Positions 1 through 12,190 of a stretch of DNA of 64,000 nt are shown piece after piece. The stretch covers positions 232,378,001 to 232,442,000 of the forward strand of contig NC_086097.1 in assembly GCF_963921235.1 (NCBI RefSeq), given 5' to 3'. Under the pieces are notes generated by a model that was given only the letters and a program-made list of their open reading frames with translations, had not been told where the DNA came from and searched no databases. A program made the position numbers and the translations under genes. Position 1 is the first letter of the stretch, and every line of letters begins with the position of its first letter. This DNA comes from Mobula hypostoma. Lineage: Eukaryota.

Positions 1-59
1 AGCTCATCTCTTCCTGATGAACAAAATGCAATCTACACAGGCTTTGAAGATGAGAGGGC

Positions 60-780
60 TGGAATGTCTCTACCTGCCACAAAAGCCTCAAATGCACCTG
101 AACCTATAGTCATCAATGCAGAAGTAAGATCACTTTTGCAGGGAGTGAACCCATGGTCCAGATCGTGTTCCTGGCTTTTCGGGTTTGAAGGTGACACCAT
201 CAAGCTTGTTTGTGCCCTTAATTCCTGTGCGGAACATCTGGCAGGGTAGTTTGCAGCCATTTTTAACCTCTCCCTACTTCAATCTGAGGTTCCCACCTGC
301 TTTGATCTGTGGCTTTAACATCCACCATCTTAAAGATTGGTCATGGAATTTCTATTAATGCCACTCCCCAGAAACCTCGACCCACTACAATCCAACTACC
401 ATGAAAAGAAATCTGTGGCAGATGTTATTTACCTAGACCTACATTCACCCCTGAAGCATCTGGACAGTAAAGACACCTATGTTAGATTGTTGTTTATCAA
501 CTAGAGCTTCATCTTAAATACTATCATTTCAAGCAAACTCATCTCCAAACTTCTAGACTTGGGACTCAATGTGTCCCTTTGTAACTGGATCCTTGACTTC
601 CTGATCAACAGATCAGTATCGGTAAGGATATGCAGCAACACATCCACCACAGTTATTCTCAACAATAGTGCCCTACAAGGCTGGGTCCTCAGACCCCTAT
701 TCTACTCCCTTTACTCAGAATTGTGTGTCCATATTCGGCTTTAATTCCATCTTCATGTTTGCACATGATACCACCAATCT
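60..780 (+). mobile_element. Rex1/Babar LINE RT fragment, degraded
   Basis: LGLNVSLCNWILDFL...QGWVLRPLFYSLY. Confidence 0.7.
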
Positions 781-2280
781 CCCCTCTTATTAGGGTTGAT
801 GAACCACTTCAGCGCTCTCTCTAAAGCCTTGACATTCTTCCTGTAGTGGGACAACCAGAACCGAATGCAATACTCCAGATGCAGAACAACTAGAGTTATA
901 AAGCATCAACATAGCTTCCCAATGCTTGAACTCAATTTCTTGACTAATAAAGGTAAGAATGCCATAAACCACCTTTACCACACTATCAACCTGTGTAGAT
1001 ACTTTCAAGGAACTATGAACCTGGACCTCAGGATCTCTCTGTACATCAGCACTGTTAAGGGTCTTTTTACATTTGATCTTCAAATGTGCAGCACTTAACA
1101 TTTGGCTGGGTTAAAATCCATCTGCCATTTCTCTGCTCATATCTGCAACTGATCTATATCCTTTGCCAGTTTTCTATGCTATCCATTGCCCCACCAATCT
1201 TCATATCTTCTCAAAACTTACTAAATACCACACCCCCCATTCAGTCTACATTTTCGTCCATGTCATTTATATATACAGTATCATGAACAGCGGATGTCCC
1301 GATGCGGATCCATAAGATGCAGGATCAAAATTAGGCCATTTGGCCGATTGAGTATGCTCCACACTTTTACCATCGCTGATTTATTATCCCCTTCAACCCC
1401 ATTCTCCTCCCTTTTTCCCATAACTTTTGACAACCTTACTAATCAAGAATCAATTAACCTCCACTTTAAATATACCAAATGACTTGGCCTCTACAACCAT
1501 CTGTGGCAATGAATTCCAAAGATTCACCACACCCACACTAAATAAATTCCTCTTAGTCTCCGGTCTAAAGGGACATCCTTGTATTCTGAGGCTATGCCCG
1601 TGGGTCTGAGACTCTCCCACTATAGGGAATGTCTTCTTCATGTCCACTCTTCCCAGGCTTTTCAATATTCTGTAGGTTTCAATGTGATTTCCCCCACTTA
1701 TTCTTCTAAACTCCAGCAAGTATAAGCCTAGAGCCATGAAATGCTCCTCATACTTTAACCCTTTCATTCCTGAGATCATTCTTGTAACTGTTCTCTGGAC
1801 CCTCTCCAATGCCAGCATATCCTTTCTTAGATAAGAGGCCCAAAACTGCTCCAATTGCAATCTGACCAAAACCTTATAAAGTCTCAGCATTATGTGCTTG
1901 CTTTTATATTCTCGTCCTCTTGAAATGAATGTCAACTTTGCATTGCCTTTCTTACTACCAACTCAACCTGCAAGTTAACCTTTAGGGACTTCCAACCAGA
2001 GTAAGTTCCATCAACCACTACCTTCAGTCTTCTATGGGTAAGCCAATTCTGAATCCAACCAGCCAATTCACCATGGATCCCATGCATCTTAATCTTCTGG
2101 CTGAGCCTCCCAAGAGGCATCTTGTCAAACACGTTACTATAATCCATGTAGATAACATCCACAGTTTTACCTTCTTCAATCACCTTCGTAAAACTCAATC
2201 AACCTTAGTACGATGTGACTTGCCCGACACATAGCTATACTTACCGTCCTAAATTAGACCATGGGTTTCCAAATGCCTGT
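780..2280 (-). mobile_element. CR1-type LINE fragments (at least two)
   Basis: VDVIYMDYSNVFDKMP; RLYKVLVRLQLE...LERVQR...RNLFSVGVVNLWNSLP. Confidence 0.8.
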
Positions 2281-2669
2281 TTCTTTTAAAATGGGGTAAC
2301 TATCATGCTGGCTTGCTATAAGTCTTTATCTCAGCCCAGTGCAAGGAGAAAGCAAGATAACTGGAGCCTGGACTCCCGGTGCAAAGGTAATAATGTTTGT
2401 ATGAGTGGGCACAAGTGTAGGTGCCACCTGACATGTATGAGTTTGTTGTCTCACACGTGGGCACAGGCACGAGAACATCTGTCCACCGCCTCCATTCTCA
2501 CTCTTACCATGCTGTTCTATCTACACTTCAGTCTTGGACTCCTTTCTCTGACTGTACACTTGGCCCACATTCCCCCCAGTTTTGGACACTCACTGTGATG
2601 AAAATAGGAAGATTTTAATGAAGTCCTTACAAGCATCATCCTCAGTTTAAGGGTGGGAAGCTATTCATT

Positions 2670-3192
2670 ATAAGACCATAGGACATAGGAGCAAAATTAG
2701 GATATTCAGCCCTTGAGTCTGCTCGACCATTGCATCATGGCTGATTTATTACTTTTTTTCAACCCCATTCTCCTGCATTCTCCCCATAACCTTTGATTAT
2801 CTGACTAATCAGGAACCTATCAACCTCCACTTTAAATATTCATGGCAATTAATTCCACAGATAACTACTCTCAAGCTAGAGAAATTCCTTCTCATCTCTG
2901 TCCTAAACTGGATGTCTCTCTGTTCCGACACTGTGCCCTCTGGTCCTAGACTCACTCACTATAGAAAACAGCTTCTCCACATCCACTCTATCTAGCCCTT
3001 TCAATATTCAGTAGGTTTCAGTGAGATTTCCCCCCTCATTCTTCGAAACTCCAGTGAGTATAGGCCCAGAGCCATGAAACGCTCCTCATACTTTAACTCT
3101 TTCATACCTGAAAATGAAAGGATTAGCAGATGAGGAGTGCTTGATGGCTCTGGGCCTGTAACTGTCCAGAGTTTAGAAAATTGAGTGGAGGG
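2670..3192 (-). mobile_element. CR1 3' fragment with a short inverted CR1 piece at its 5' side
   Basis: Same family as 1310-1800; 3113-3192 is a reverse homologue of 3030-3105. Confidence 0.72.
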
Positions 3193-4759
3193 GAGCGCAA
3201 TTTTCAATCTGCCAGCTCCCGCAGAGCAATGTATTAATAATCAGTTCATCTGTTTCTGTGGGAGAAAAAGTCTTTTGGAAGGCCACTGAAAGTCTGCCAT
3301 ACGATCTTTACCTCTGATCAAAGGAAATTATGGGATATGTTTATCAAATGGCACCACCTCAGGTGTAACATTGCGCCACACTGAACTGGAACACCAGGGG
3401 ATAACCCTAAATCTTGTGCTTCATTCGTGAATGAGACTTGTACCCACACTTTCTTATTTTAGCTGTTGGAAATCTTGGTTGAATATGCTGAAACCCTGCA
3501 ATGGAACTTATTACTTTGCACCAGAAGTTCATTATTGCTGAGGCTACAAAATCCTTGTGTCAAAATCAGTTGAACAGGTGGAGTCATGAGCCACAGGTAA
3601 GTTTCGAACTCAAAGCGTAACCCAGCACTATTTGTCGTTAGAGAAAATGCTTGAAAAACAAAATAAATTGAAAAGGTGAGAGCTGAGTCTATATGCCTAG
3701 AATACTTCACAATTGAATAAAGATACTATATCACTGTAAAACAGATTCAAAGATCCAAGGCAAAAGTTGAAGTTTGATTCATGTTGATAAGACTCCCTTT
3801 GAAGTGAACTCAAGTGCAGAAAGTGAACTATGACAATGGATCAATGTAACTCGGGTTCTTTTTAAAAGATAGCTTACATGGATAGTTTTTATACCCTAGG
3901 GCAGCATTTAGGTAAATGTTGAGTAAACAAAGCAGAATCATGCAATCGCTATTAAAGTGGTATCTGCATATTTACAAAGCAGTTAAATCTGAGCCAAGGC
4001 ACTAACAGCGTGTATCTCCTCCATAACATCTGCTCTAAAAGTCATATTTCTGAGGAAATAGTGGATTTTAAAGGCTTACAAAGAATAAAAAGTCTTTTGG
4101 TTTTATTATATATAATATTTCACTTTGTGTTTCTCAGGTGAGGGATGAGAATAACTGAGTAAGCATGTTTCATATTCAGTATGAGTGAGTAGTTCAACCT
4201 CATCAGCTTACATGCATTGTATTTGAGTGACAAACCAACCTATGTGGAAACAGTGAATGGGAACAGTATTCTGAGCCATAAAGGATATTATGTGGGTCTG
4301 TACCTTAACACCATGTATGTGCCAATAAATTCTAAGGCTGTCCTGATGATTCCATTGATTAAAATCATAATATGGAAGAACAGTTAAACTTCTAAATTAG
4401 GAGACACAGGACTGCACTGCCCGGGAAATAGGGCTGAGGAGGAGAGTAAAAGGATCAGTCATGATTAAATGACTAATGGCCTAATTCTGCTCCTATGTCT
4501 TATGGTCTTATGGACTGCATATTGCTGGAAATCTGGAGCAACACACAAAAAGCTAGAGGTACTCAACAGCATGAGAGGGAAAGAGGAAAAAAATAGGGAA
4601 AGGTCTGAGGGGAGTGGTTACCAGAAGGTAAAGAAATTGATGTTCAACATGTCAAGTTGGAGACTACCAATGTGGAATATGTGGTGCTACGTCCTGCGTG
4701 GATCTTTGATAACCAGTGCTGTTTGCAGGCATCTATTCTGGGTGACCCCTGCTCTTTGT

Positions 4760-5510
4760 GATTTTATAAATGACTTGGATGAGGAAGTGGAAGGGTGAGT
4801 TAGTAAGTTTGCAAATGATTATGAAGTTTGGTGGAGTTGTAGAAGATTGTCATGGGCTCAGGTAGACTTAGGCTGGATGTGAAGTGACAGATAGAGTTCA
4901 ATCTGGAAAAGTGTGAAGTAATACACTTTGGAAGGTTGAATTTGAAAGCAGAATACAGGGATAATGGCAGGATTCTTAGCAGTGTGGAGGAACGGGGGAA
5001 ATTTGGAGTCCACATCCATAGATCTCTCTATGGTAAGGACGTGGAAGCTCCAGAGAGGATGCAGAGGAGATTTCCCAAGATGCTGCCTAGGTTAGAAAAC
5101 ATGTTGCATGAAAATAGATTGAGTAAGCTAGGGCTTTTCTCTTTGGAGTGAAGGAGGATGAGAGACAACTTGATAGAGGTGTAGAAGATGATAAAAAGGC
5201 ACAGATTGAATAGATAGCCAGAGATATTTTCCCAGGACATTTATAGGTAATAAAAGGGCATAACTTTGAGGTGACTGGAGGAAAGTATAAGGGGATATGT
5301 CAGAGGTAAGTTTTTTTTAACGCAGAGTACTGAGTGCATGGAATGTGAGGCAGATAGACTGGGGCATTTAGGAAACTCTTAGGTAGGTGCATCGATGATA
5401 GAAAAATTGTGGGCATATAAGATTTGATTGATCTTCGAGTAGGTGAGTAGGTTAAATGTTTGGCACAGTATCTTGGGCTGAAGCCCTGAACTGTACCATC
5501 ATGTTCTATA
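4760..5510 (+). mobile_element. CR1 LINE 3' fragment
   Basis: FINDLDEEVEG, ERMQRRFPKMLP...LGLFSLE, CR1-like tail. Confidence 0.75.
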
Positions 5511-5809
5511 TCTACCAGCCCTCTTAATCATTTCTCTTTCCCCTCTCCACTGACACATTCTTCATGCTGGTTCTCCCCCAACCCCCCCATCTTCTTCCCT
5601 TTCGTCATTGTGTCCTCTCCTATTAGATCAGATTCCATTTTCATCAGCATGTTATCACTTTCACCTATCACCTCCTAGATTCTTACATCACTCAACTTTA
5701 CTCCCTTCACTCCCCCCACCTCACCTGCCTATTAACTCCCACCTATCACTCACAGCTCTTGCTCCTTTTTATACTGACTGTCTGCCCTCTTTCTGGTCCT
5801 GAAAGAGGG

Positions 5810-6465
5810 GGGGAGAAGATGGTGACGCAATGACAGCGCGCGCGACCGTATCTGTTACCTTTCAAGTAGGGGACCGTGCACAATCCTGATTTGATGGAGA
5901 CAGATGTAAGAGCACAGCAGAACATCTGGAAAACTTCTGAAATGTCTGCTTTGCTGCGGCTGCTACTGTGTGGTAACTGGAATCTCCGGAGCTGAAGGCC
6001 CCGAAATCCTCGGCTTTGCGTGTTTCAGCGGTCAGGGAGAGGTCGAAGGCGCTCGGCAGAGGATGGCGCTTGGGAGGCTGTATCGGAGAGGCTGGTCGGA
6101 AGCTTGGAGTTTTCGGACGGATGGACTCGGGGTCGGCTGCTTCCAAGGTATCGGCAAATTGACGGTGCCTGGAGGTTTATGGCAGGGAGCTTCTCCCTTT
6201 TGCCGCCGCTATCGGGGACTCGGGAGTTGATCGACTTGGGACTTTCAAGACTTTTTTTTACTGTGCCTATGGTCTGTTCTTTATCAAATTATGGTATTGG
6301 TTTGCACTGCTGTAACTATATGTTATAATTATGTGGTTCTGTCAGTGTTAGTCTTTGGTCTGTTCTGTTTTCTGTGATATCACTCCGGAGAAACATTGTA
6401 TCATTTCCTAATGCATGTATGCATTTCTAAATGACAATAAAAGAGGACTGAGTGTTCTCATAATC
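5810..6465 (+). mobile_element. Unclassified ~650-bp non-autonomous element, copy A
   Basis: Starts GAAGATGG, CpG-rich 5' half, ends near AAATGACAATAAA; homologous to 6895-7506 in reverse; interrupts a PLE terminus. Confidence 0.75.
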
Positions 6466-6894
6466 TAAACTTTGACTGTCCATTTCCCTCCATGACAACT
6501 GCCTGATCTGCTCAATTTACAGAATCAGTTAAACTGATAAATTAATTAATAAATTGGTTTATTATTGTCACATATGTCTAGATACAGTGGAAAAACTTGC
6601 CTTCCTTTCTGTTCATACAGATAAATTCATTATAACAGTGCATTGAGTAGTACAAGGTAAAACAATAACTGAGTGCAGAATAAGGTGTTATGGATACAGA
6701 AAACATGCAGTGCAGGTAGATAAGAAGGTGAAGGTTCATAACAAGGTAGTTTGTGAAGTCATGCTTGTTACTCGGGAGGATATCTTTCTGAACTTGTACT
6801 GTGCATAACCATTTGATTAGCATCTACTCCAACACCCTAATCGTTCTTTTGCTCAATTTACAAGTGAATTAGAGCTGCAGTATATAGTTTACCA

Positions 6895-7506
6895 AGTTTC
6901 GTTTATTGTCATTTAGAAATGCATGCATTAAAAAATGATACAATGTTCCTCCAGAATGATATCACAAGAATACACAGGTGAAACCAAGACTAAAACTGAC
7001 AAAACCACATAATTATAACATATAGTTACAACAGTGCAAAGCAATACCATAATTTGATAAAGAGCAGACCATGGGCACGGTAAAAAAAAAGTCTCAAAGT
7101 CGCGATAGACTCATCATCCCACACAGGCGGCAGAAGGGAGGAACTCTCCCCGCCATGAACCTCCCAAGCGCCGACACAACTGATGCAGCACCTGACCGCA
7201 GCGGACTCTGAGTCCGTCCGCAAACTTATAGCCTCGGGCACAGCATCTCCGAGCACAATCCTCTGCCGAGCGCTTCGTCCTCACCCTGGCCGCCGAGCAA
7301 CAAGCAAAGCCGAGGACTCGGGGCCTTCTCCTCCGTAGATTCTGGACCATACAGTAGCAGCAGCGAAGCAGGCATTTCAGAAGTTTCACCAGATGTTCCT
7401 CTGTGCTCTCAGATCCATCTCCAGGATCGTGCACGGCACCCCACTTGACAAATAACAGACATCACCACCAGAGTGGCTGCTGCGAGCTGCATCGCGCCGC
7501 CATCTT
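6895..7506 (-). mobile_element. Unclassified ~610-bp non-autonomous element, copy B
   Basis: Reverse complement of copy A (TTTATTGTCATTTAGAAATGCAT, ACCACATAATTATAACATATAGTTACA, CCATAATTTGATAAAGA). Confidence 0.75.
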
Positions 7507-7534
7507 TCATCAAGGCGGAATATAAGCTACCACT

Positions 7535-7880
7535 CAGGTCATTTACAAAGACAGGTGTGTAAAAAGGGCCTTAAGGATCATTGGTGACCCGAGTCACCCC
7601 AACCACAAACTGTTCCAGCTGCTATCATCCAGGAACTGGTACAGCAGCATAAAAAGCCAGGACCAACAGGCTCTGGGAGAGCTTCTTCCACCAGGCCATC
7701 AGACCGATTTATTCATGCTGATACAGTACAATTGTACTTCTATGTTATATTGACTGTCCTGTTGTAGATAATATTATAAATTACTATAAATTGCACATTT
7801 AGACAGAGACATAACTTAAAGATTTTTATTCCGCATGTATATGAAGGATGTAAGTAATAAAGTTAATTCAATTCAATTCA
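7535..7880 (+). mobile_element. Rex1/Babar 3' end with (ATTCA)n tail
   Basis: Closely similar to 57060-57370; AATAAA then ATTCAATTCAATTCA. Confidence 0.75.
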
Positions 7881-8141
7881 TTTCAAGCTTCCTTGCAGTT
7901 ACTTAGTTTCCTCTGGCAGAATTTCCCAAGCTCACAACCTTTAGCTGCAAAAACATCAGAACTCTCCATCCTGCATCCCCAACCATCTTGACTGAAAAAA
8001 TATATTTCATCTCAGCAGGATCTACAAACGTTTGTAAATCCTAGAATTCTCTACCTGACTGCATTATTGAATTACTGTCATCAAAAGGAATGCAGCAGTT
8101 CAAGAAGGTGGGTTACCACTACTTTTGGAAAATGTACTGAC

Positions 8142-8428
8142 TGTGGCGACCCACTTTCTACGCAGGCGAACCGGCTCACAAAGTGGTGCATGCGTCGACA
8201 GAGAGGCCAGCCCCAAAATGACGCTGGGCCTTCTTCACCAGCAAGGGGAGAAAGCTCGCGCGCGGGGAGAGACTTTTGTAATGCACCTCTGACGCCATTT
8301 CTACCCGGAGAGGGCGGGAACGGAACTGCGTAAAAGCCAGTGCTGCGAAGTTTGAATAAACTAGTCTCGAGTGCAACTTACAGACTGTGTGTCGTTATTT
8401 CTAGCTCTGTTTGTAGCACGTAGCTACA
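8142..8428 (+). repeat. 5' LTR (287 bp)
   Basis: TGTGGCGACCC...GCTACA, a direct repeat of 12191-12480; contains AATAAA. Confidence 0.96.
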
Positions 8429-8429
8429 T

Positions 8430-8441
8430 TGGTGACCCCGA
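8430..8441 (+). promoter_or_regulatory. Primer-binding site complementary to the tRNA-Trp 3' end
   Basis: TGGTGACCCCGA starts one base after the 5' LTR and equals the first 12 nt of the known tRNA-Trp PBS (TGGTGACCCCGACGTGA). Confidence 0.88.
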
Positions 8442-8467
8442 TGGTCCAAACGGGATTTCGACCAAAG

Positions 8468-9172
8468 ATGATCGACTCTTCATCTGTTTACGCAGTTTCA
8501 CTAAAACTGCCAACTTTCTGGACGCTGCAACTACGTGTGTGGTTTGACCAAGCAGAAGCCCAGTTCCAGATTCGGCAGATATCTTCTGATTTCACGCGTT
8601 ACTATTACATGGTGAGCTCCCTTGACCAGGAGACAGCCGCCCGGGTTGAGGATTTCATACAGTCACCCCCGGAAGAAGGCAAATATGTAGCATTCAAAGC
8701 GCTGCCTATAGGGACCTTTGGCCTCTCGCGGCGTGAATGAGGTGCCCGCTTGCTGCACCTGGACGGTTTGGGAGCCAGGCCGCCGTCAGCATTAATGAAC
8801 GAGATGCTGGCCCTGGCTGAAGGACACAAGCCCTGCCTCATGTTTGAGCAGGTGTTCCTAGAGCAACTGCCTGAGGACATACATCTGCTGCTGGCGGACG
8901 CAGATTTCAGTGACCCCCAGAAGGTGGTGGGCCGTGCAGACGTGCTGTGGAAAGCCAAGAGGGAGAGCAGGGCGTCCGTCGGACAGATTACCAAGCTGCG
9001 CGCCCAACAGCAGGCCAGACCAGGCCCAGCAACGGAGCGCACACAACCCAGAGGCAGGAGTGAGGAGGCCAATGAACAGTGGTGTTTCTACCACCAGTGG
9101 TGGGGCACAGAAGCCCGCCATTGTCACCCGCCCTGCAAGTTCCTGGGAAACGCCAGGACCAGCCGCTCCTAA
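8468..9172 (+). pseudogene. gag with premature TGA at 8738-8740 and a C-terminal CHCC zinc motif
   Basis: ORFs 8429-8740 and 8750-9172 share one frame. Contains KLPTFW...WFDQAEAQF and CFYHQWWGTEARHCHPPC (C-x2-H-x9-C-x3-C). Confidence 0.88.
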
Positions 9173-12130
9173 TGGCTACGACGGCTGGCCACCAGGACAG
9201 CCTCCTGTACGTCTGGGACAAACAGTCGGGGTGCTGCTTCTTGGTCGACACCGGAGCAGAGATCAGCGTCTTACCCCTGACGGGGTACGACACCCACAAC
9301 AGGGTGCCGGGACCCACCCTGAGGGCCGCAAATGGCAGCATGATACGGACCTACAGCACCCGCACAGTGCAGCTGCAGTTCGGCGCCAGCTGGTTCACGT
9401 GGGACTTCACACTGGCCTCCATGGCCCAACCACTCCTGTGGGCAGACTTCTTGCGAGCTCTCCGTCTGCTGGTCGACTTGCAAGGGAAATGACTGGTCCA
9501 TGTCGAGACTTTCCAGACGTTCTCCCTGGGTGAAGCCAAGTTGCCGGCCCCACACCTGCACTCCATCACGCTGTCTGACAACGAATTCACCAGAATCCTG
9601 GTGGACTTTCCATCGGTTCTAGCACCGCAGTTCACGGCAGCCATGCCCAGACACGGAGTACAGCACCACATTCCCACCCAGGGACCACCCCTCCATAGCT
9701 GCGCACGAAGGCTCCCCCCGGACAAGCTCCGCCTGGCGAAGGAGGAGTCCAAGAGGATGGAGGAATTGGGGATCGTACGGCGGTCCAGCAGCCCATGGGC
9801 CTCCCCCCTGCACATAGTGCCCAAAGCAGCCAGGGGCTGGAGACCATGCGGCGACTACCGCAGACTGAACGAGGCTACAACTCCAGACCGCTACCCCATG
9901 CCGCACATACAGGACTTTGCAGCAAACCTGCATGGGGCAAGCATCTTTTCCAAAGTAGACCTCGTCCGGGGGTACCATCAAATTCCGGTACACCCTGAAG
10001 ACATCCCCAAAACAGCACTCATCACCCCATTCAGCCTGTTCGAGTTCCTCCGAATGCCGTTCGGCCTGAAGAATGCTGCAGACTTTCCAGCGGCTAATGG
10101 ATGCAGTGGGTGCGACCTGGACTTTGCGTTCATCTATTTGGACAACATTCTCATAGCTAGCAGTAGTCGTCAGGAGCCTCCGCCAGCTCTACTTCCGCCT
10201 GAGTGATTTCAGCCTCACAATCAACCTGGCCAAATGCCAGTTCGGACTCGACACCATTGACATCCTGGGCCACAGGATTACCAAAGGCGGGGCAACACCT
10301 CTGTCCGCCAAGGTAGACGCGGTCCGCCACTTCGCCCGGCCCAACACAGTCAAAGGCCTGCAGGAGTTCGTTGGTATGGTGAACTTCTACCACTGCTTCC
10401 TCCCCTCAGCAGCCCGTATCATGCGCCCTTTGTTCACCCTGATGTCGGGCAAAGGCAAGGACATTACTTGGGACGAAGACGCCGTGGCCGCTTGTGTTAA
10501 AGCCAAGGAAGCCTTGGCAGATGCCGTGATGCTGGTGCACCCCAGAACGGACGTTCCAACTGCCCTCACAGTGGGCGCATCCAACACAGCAGTCGGTGGG
10601 GTGCTGGAGCAACTCATCGAGAGGCGCTGGCATCCCCTGGCGTTCTTCAGCAGGCACCCACGGCCACCCGAACTCAAGTACAGTGCTTTCAACTGGGAGC
10701 TGTTAGCACTATATCTGGCAATCCGGCATTTCAGGTACTTCTTAGAAGGCAGGCCGTTCACCACGTTCACGGACCACAAACCGTTGACCTTCGCGTTCAT
10801 GAAGGTGTCTGATCCCTGGTCGGCCCGCCAGCAGCGACATTTGCCCTACATCTCCGAGTACATGACAGACATCCAGCATGTCTCGGGAAAGGACAACGTC
10901 GTGGCGGACGCACTCTCCAGACCAGCTATCCAGGCCCTGTCCCAGGGGGTGGACTATGCAGCACTGGCAGAGGCACAGCAGGCAGACGACGAGATGCCCT
11001 GCTACAGGACTGCAGTCTCGGGTTTGCAGCTGCAAGACTTCCTCGTAGGCCCAGGTGAGAGGACCCTCCTGTGTGACGTGGCTACCGGCCAATCTCGCCC
11101 CATCGTCCTGGTACCCTGGTGGTGGCAAGTTTTCAACTCCATACACGGCTTGGCGCACCCATCTATCAGGACAACCGTCCGGATGGTCTCCAGCAAGTTT
11201 GTGTGGCACGGACTTTGCAAACAGGTCAGTGAGTGGGCCAAAACGTGCACTCAGTGCCAAACGGCCAAGGTGCAGCGGCACACCAAAGCCCCGCCGCAGC
11301 GGTTCGAACCCACCCGCCGGAGGTTCGACCACATTCATGTGGATATCGTGGGGCCCCTGCCAGTGTCGCGAGGAGCGCGGTACCTCCTAACGATGATAGA
11401 CCGGTTCACAAGATGGCCAGAGGCAGTCCCGCTCAACGACACCACTGCCGATTCCTGCGCCCGAGCGCTGATTGCAACCTGGGTAGCACGCTTTGGGATA
11501 CCGGCCCACATTACCTCTGACAGAGGCGCCCAGTTCACCTCCAGCCTGTGGTCAGCTGTGGCCAGCCTGTTGGGAACACAGCTACACCACACGACTGCCT
11601 ACCACCCACAGTCGAACGGACTAGCGGAACGCTTCCACCGTCACTTGAAGTCGGCTCTCATGGCCCGCCTGAAAGGGACTAACTGGGTGTACGAGCTTCC
11701 CTGGGTCCTGCTTGGAATCTGCACAGCGCCCAAAGAGGATCTGCACACCTCGTCAGCCGAGCTGGTGAACAGCGCACCCCTGGTCGTCGCAGGAGAGTTC
11801 ATACCAGCCCCAAGGGGGCAAGAGGAAGAACCCGCAGCAGTTCTGGACAGACTACGCGAAAGGCTTGGCAACCTGGCCCCTGTACCAACTTCACAGCACG
11901 GACAGATCCTGACCTGCATACCTAAAGACCTGCAGAACTGTAATTTTGTATTTGTACGAAGGGGCACACACTGGGCACTGTTACAGCGGCCATACGAGGG
12001 GCCGTTCAAGGTGATCAGGAACAACGGGTCCACGTACATTCTGGACTTTGGGGGGAAAGAGGAGGTTTTCACGGTGGACCGACTCAAACCGGCCCATGTG
12101 GACTTGGTGCAGCCAGTCGAGGTTCAAACA
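9145..12130 (+). pseudogene. pol (protease, RT, RNase H, integrase), disrupted
   Basis: PR FLVDTGAEIS; stop at 9490-9492; [25 protein letters not shown] with YLDN replacing YLDD and frame disruptions near 10080-10180; RH TDH/VADALSR; INT HHCC, VDIVG/SDRG/AER, GPF. Confidence 0.93.
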
Positions 12131-12190
12131 GGGACTGATCCAGACTGTGGACATTGGGTGGTGTATTGCCAGTTCTGGGGGGGGCAGTTA

